From assembly GCA_001655205.1 (NCBI GenBank), contig LPNZ01003081.1:1-34255 (forward strand): a stretch of 34,255 nt of DNA. Direction: 5' to 3'. The notes beneath the pieces are model-generated. The model made no database searches, was not told the DNA's origin, and saw only the letters and a list, made by a program, of their open reading frames with translations. The stretch is from Lenisia limosa. Its lineage: Eukaryota; Protista; Breviatea. Below are positions 34,018-34,255 of the stretch, one piece after another. Position numbers and translations under genes: made by a program. The first letter of the stretch is position 1, and every line of letters begins with the position of its first letter.

Positions 34018-34255
34018 TCACCACAGAGATGTTCTTTGGTGAACTTGTCCTTTTTGGACGGGTCCACTTGGTTGACTTTCAGCTAACGGCGGCGGCTGTG
34101 CGTCTGATTTTGATCAAACACAACCAAATCACCAACATGATTGTTTTGGTTTCGCCCGAGGCTGAGTGTCCACATCCAACGGATCACCAAAGGAGATGGC
34201 TGGACTATGAAAAGCAATGTGTTTCATATACAGAATATGAAGACGCTTGGCAAAT
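34018..34255 (-). CDS. 3' end of an unidentified spliced gene that starts outside the window
   Basis: Two exons splice in frame to PAISFGDPLDVDTQPRAKPKQSYAQPPPLAESQPSGPVQKGQVHQRTSLW, stop TGA at 34018-34020. Confidence 0.5.

Noticed and set aside
1-34255. U12-type (AT-AC or RTATCCTT) introns
   Set aside because: I found no such donor on the coding strand of any gene; near-matches are antisense or mid-intron.
1-34255. Transposons, introner families, CRISPR arrays, tRNA or rRNA genes
   Set aside because: No transposase or RT-like coding sequence, no shared sequence among introns beyond splice signals and the intragenic repeats, no repeat-spacer array, and no cloverleaf or rRNA motif seen by eye. 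A tRNAscan or Infernal run would be needed to exclude divergent RNAs.

Overview
This is eukaryotic nuclear DNA, standard genetic code, from a compact, intron-rich genome. A CFAP73/CCDC42-family gene implies a flagellated protist; I cannot name the taxon. The supplied ORF track is mostly exon fragments or antisense shadows, so genes were rebuilt by hand across many short GT-AG introns (down to 29 nt); spans are approximate. About 12 genes: a partial RS/RD-rich protein, PIG-V, an acidic zinc-finger protein, a secreted SMN1/YHR202W-type 5'-nucleotidase, a NASP-like histone chaperone, a U-box protein, an ~11.6 kb coiled-coil gene with near-identical internal exon repeats, RPN2, a UBXN7-like protein, a CoA-type Nudix hydrolase with a presequence-like N-terminus, CFAP73 and a partial unknown gene. 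There are four N gaps. I saw no tRNA, rRNA, CRISPR array or transposase. The best leads are a 75-nt, ~32-bp pre-miRNA-like hairpin inside a long intron, a branch-point-to-AG spacing tightly held at about 8 nt with frequent AAG acceptors, the exon repeats in the coiled-coil gene, and an RPN2 that appears to lack its C-terminal NPARV segment.
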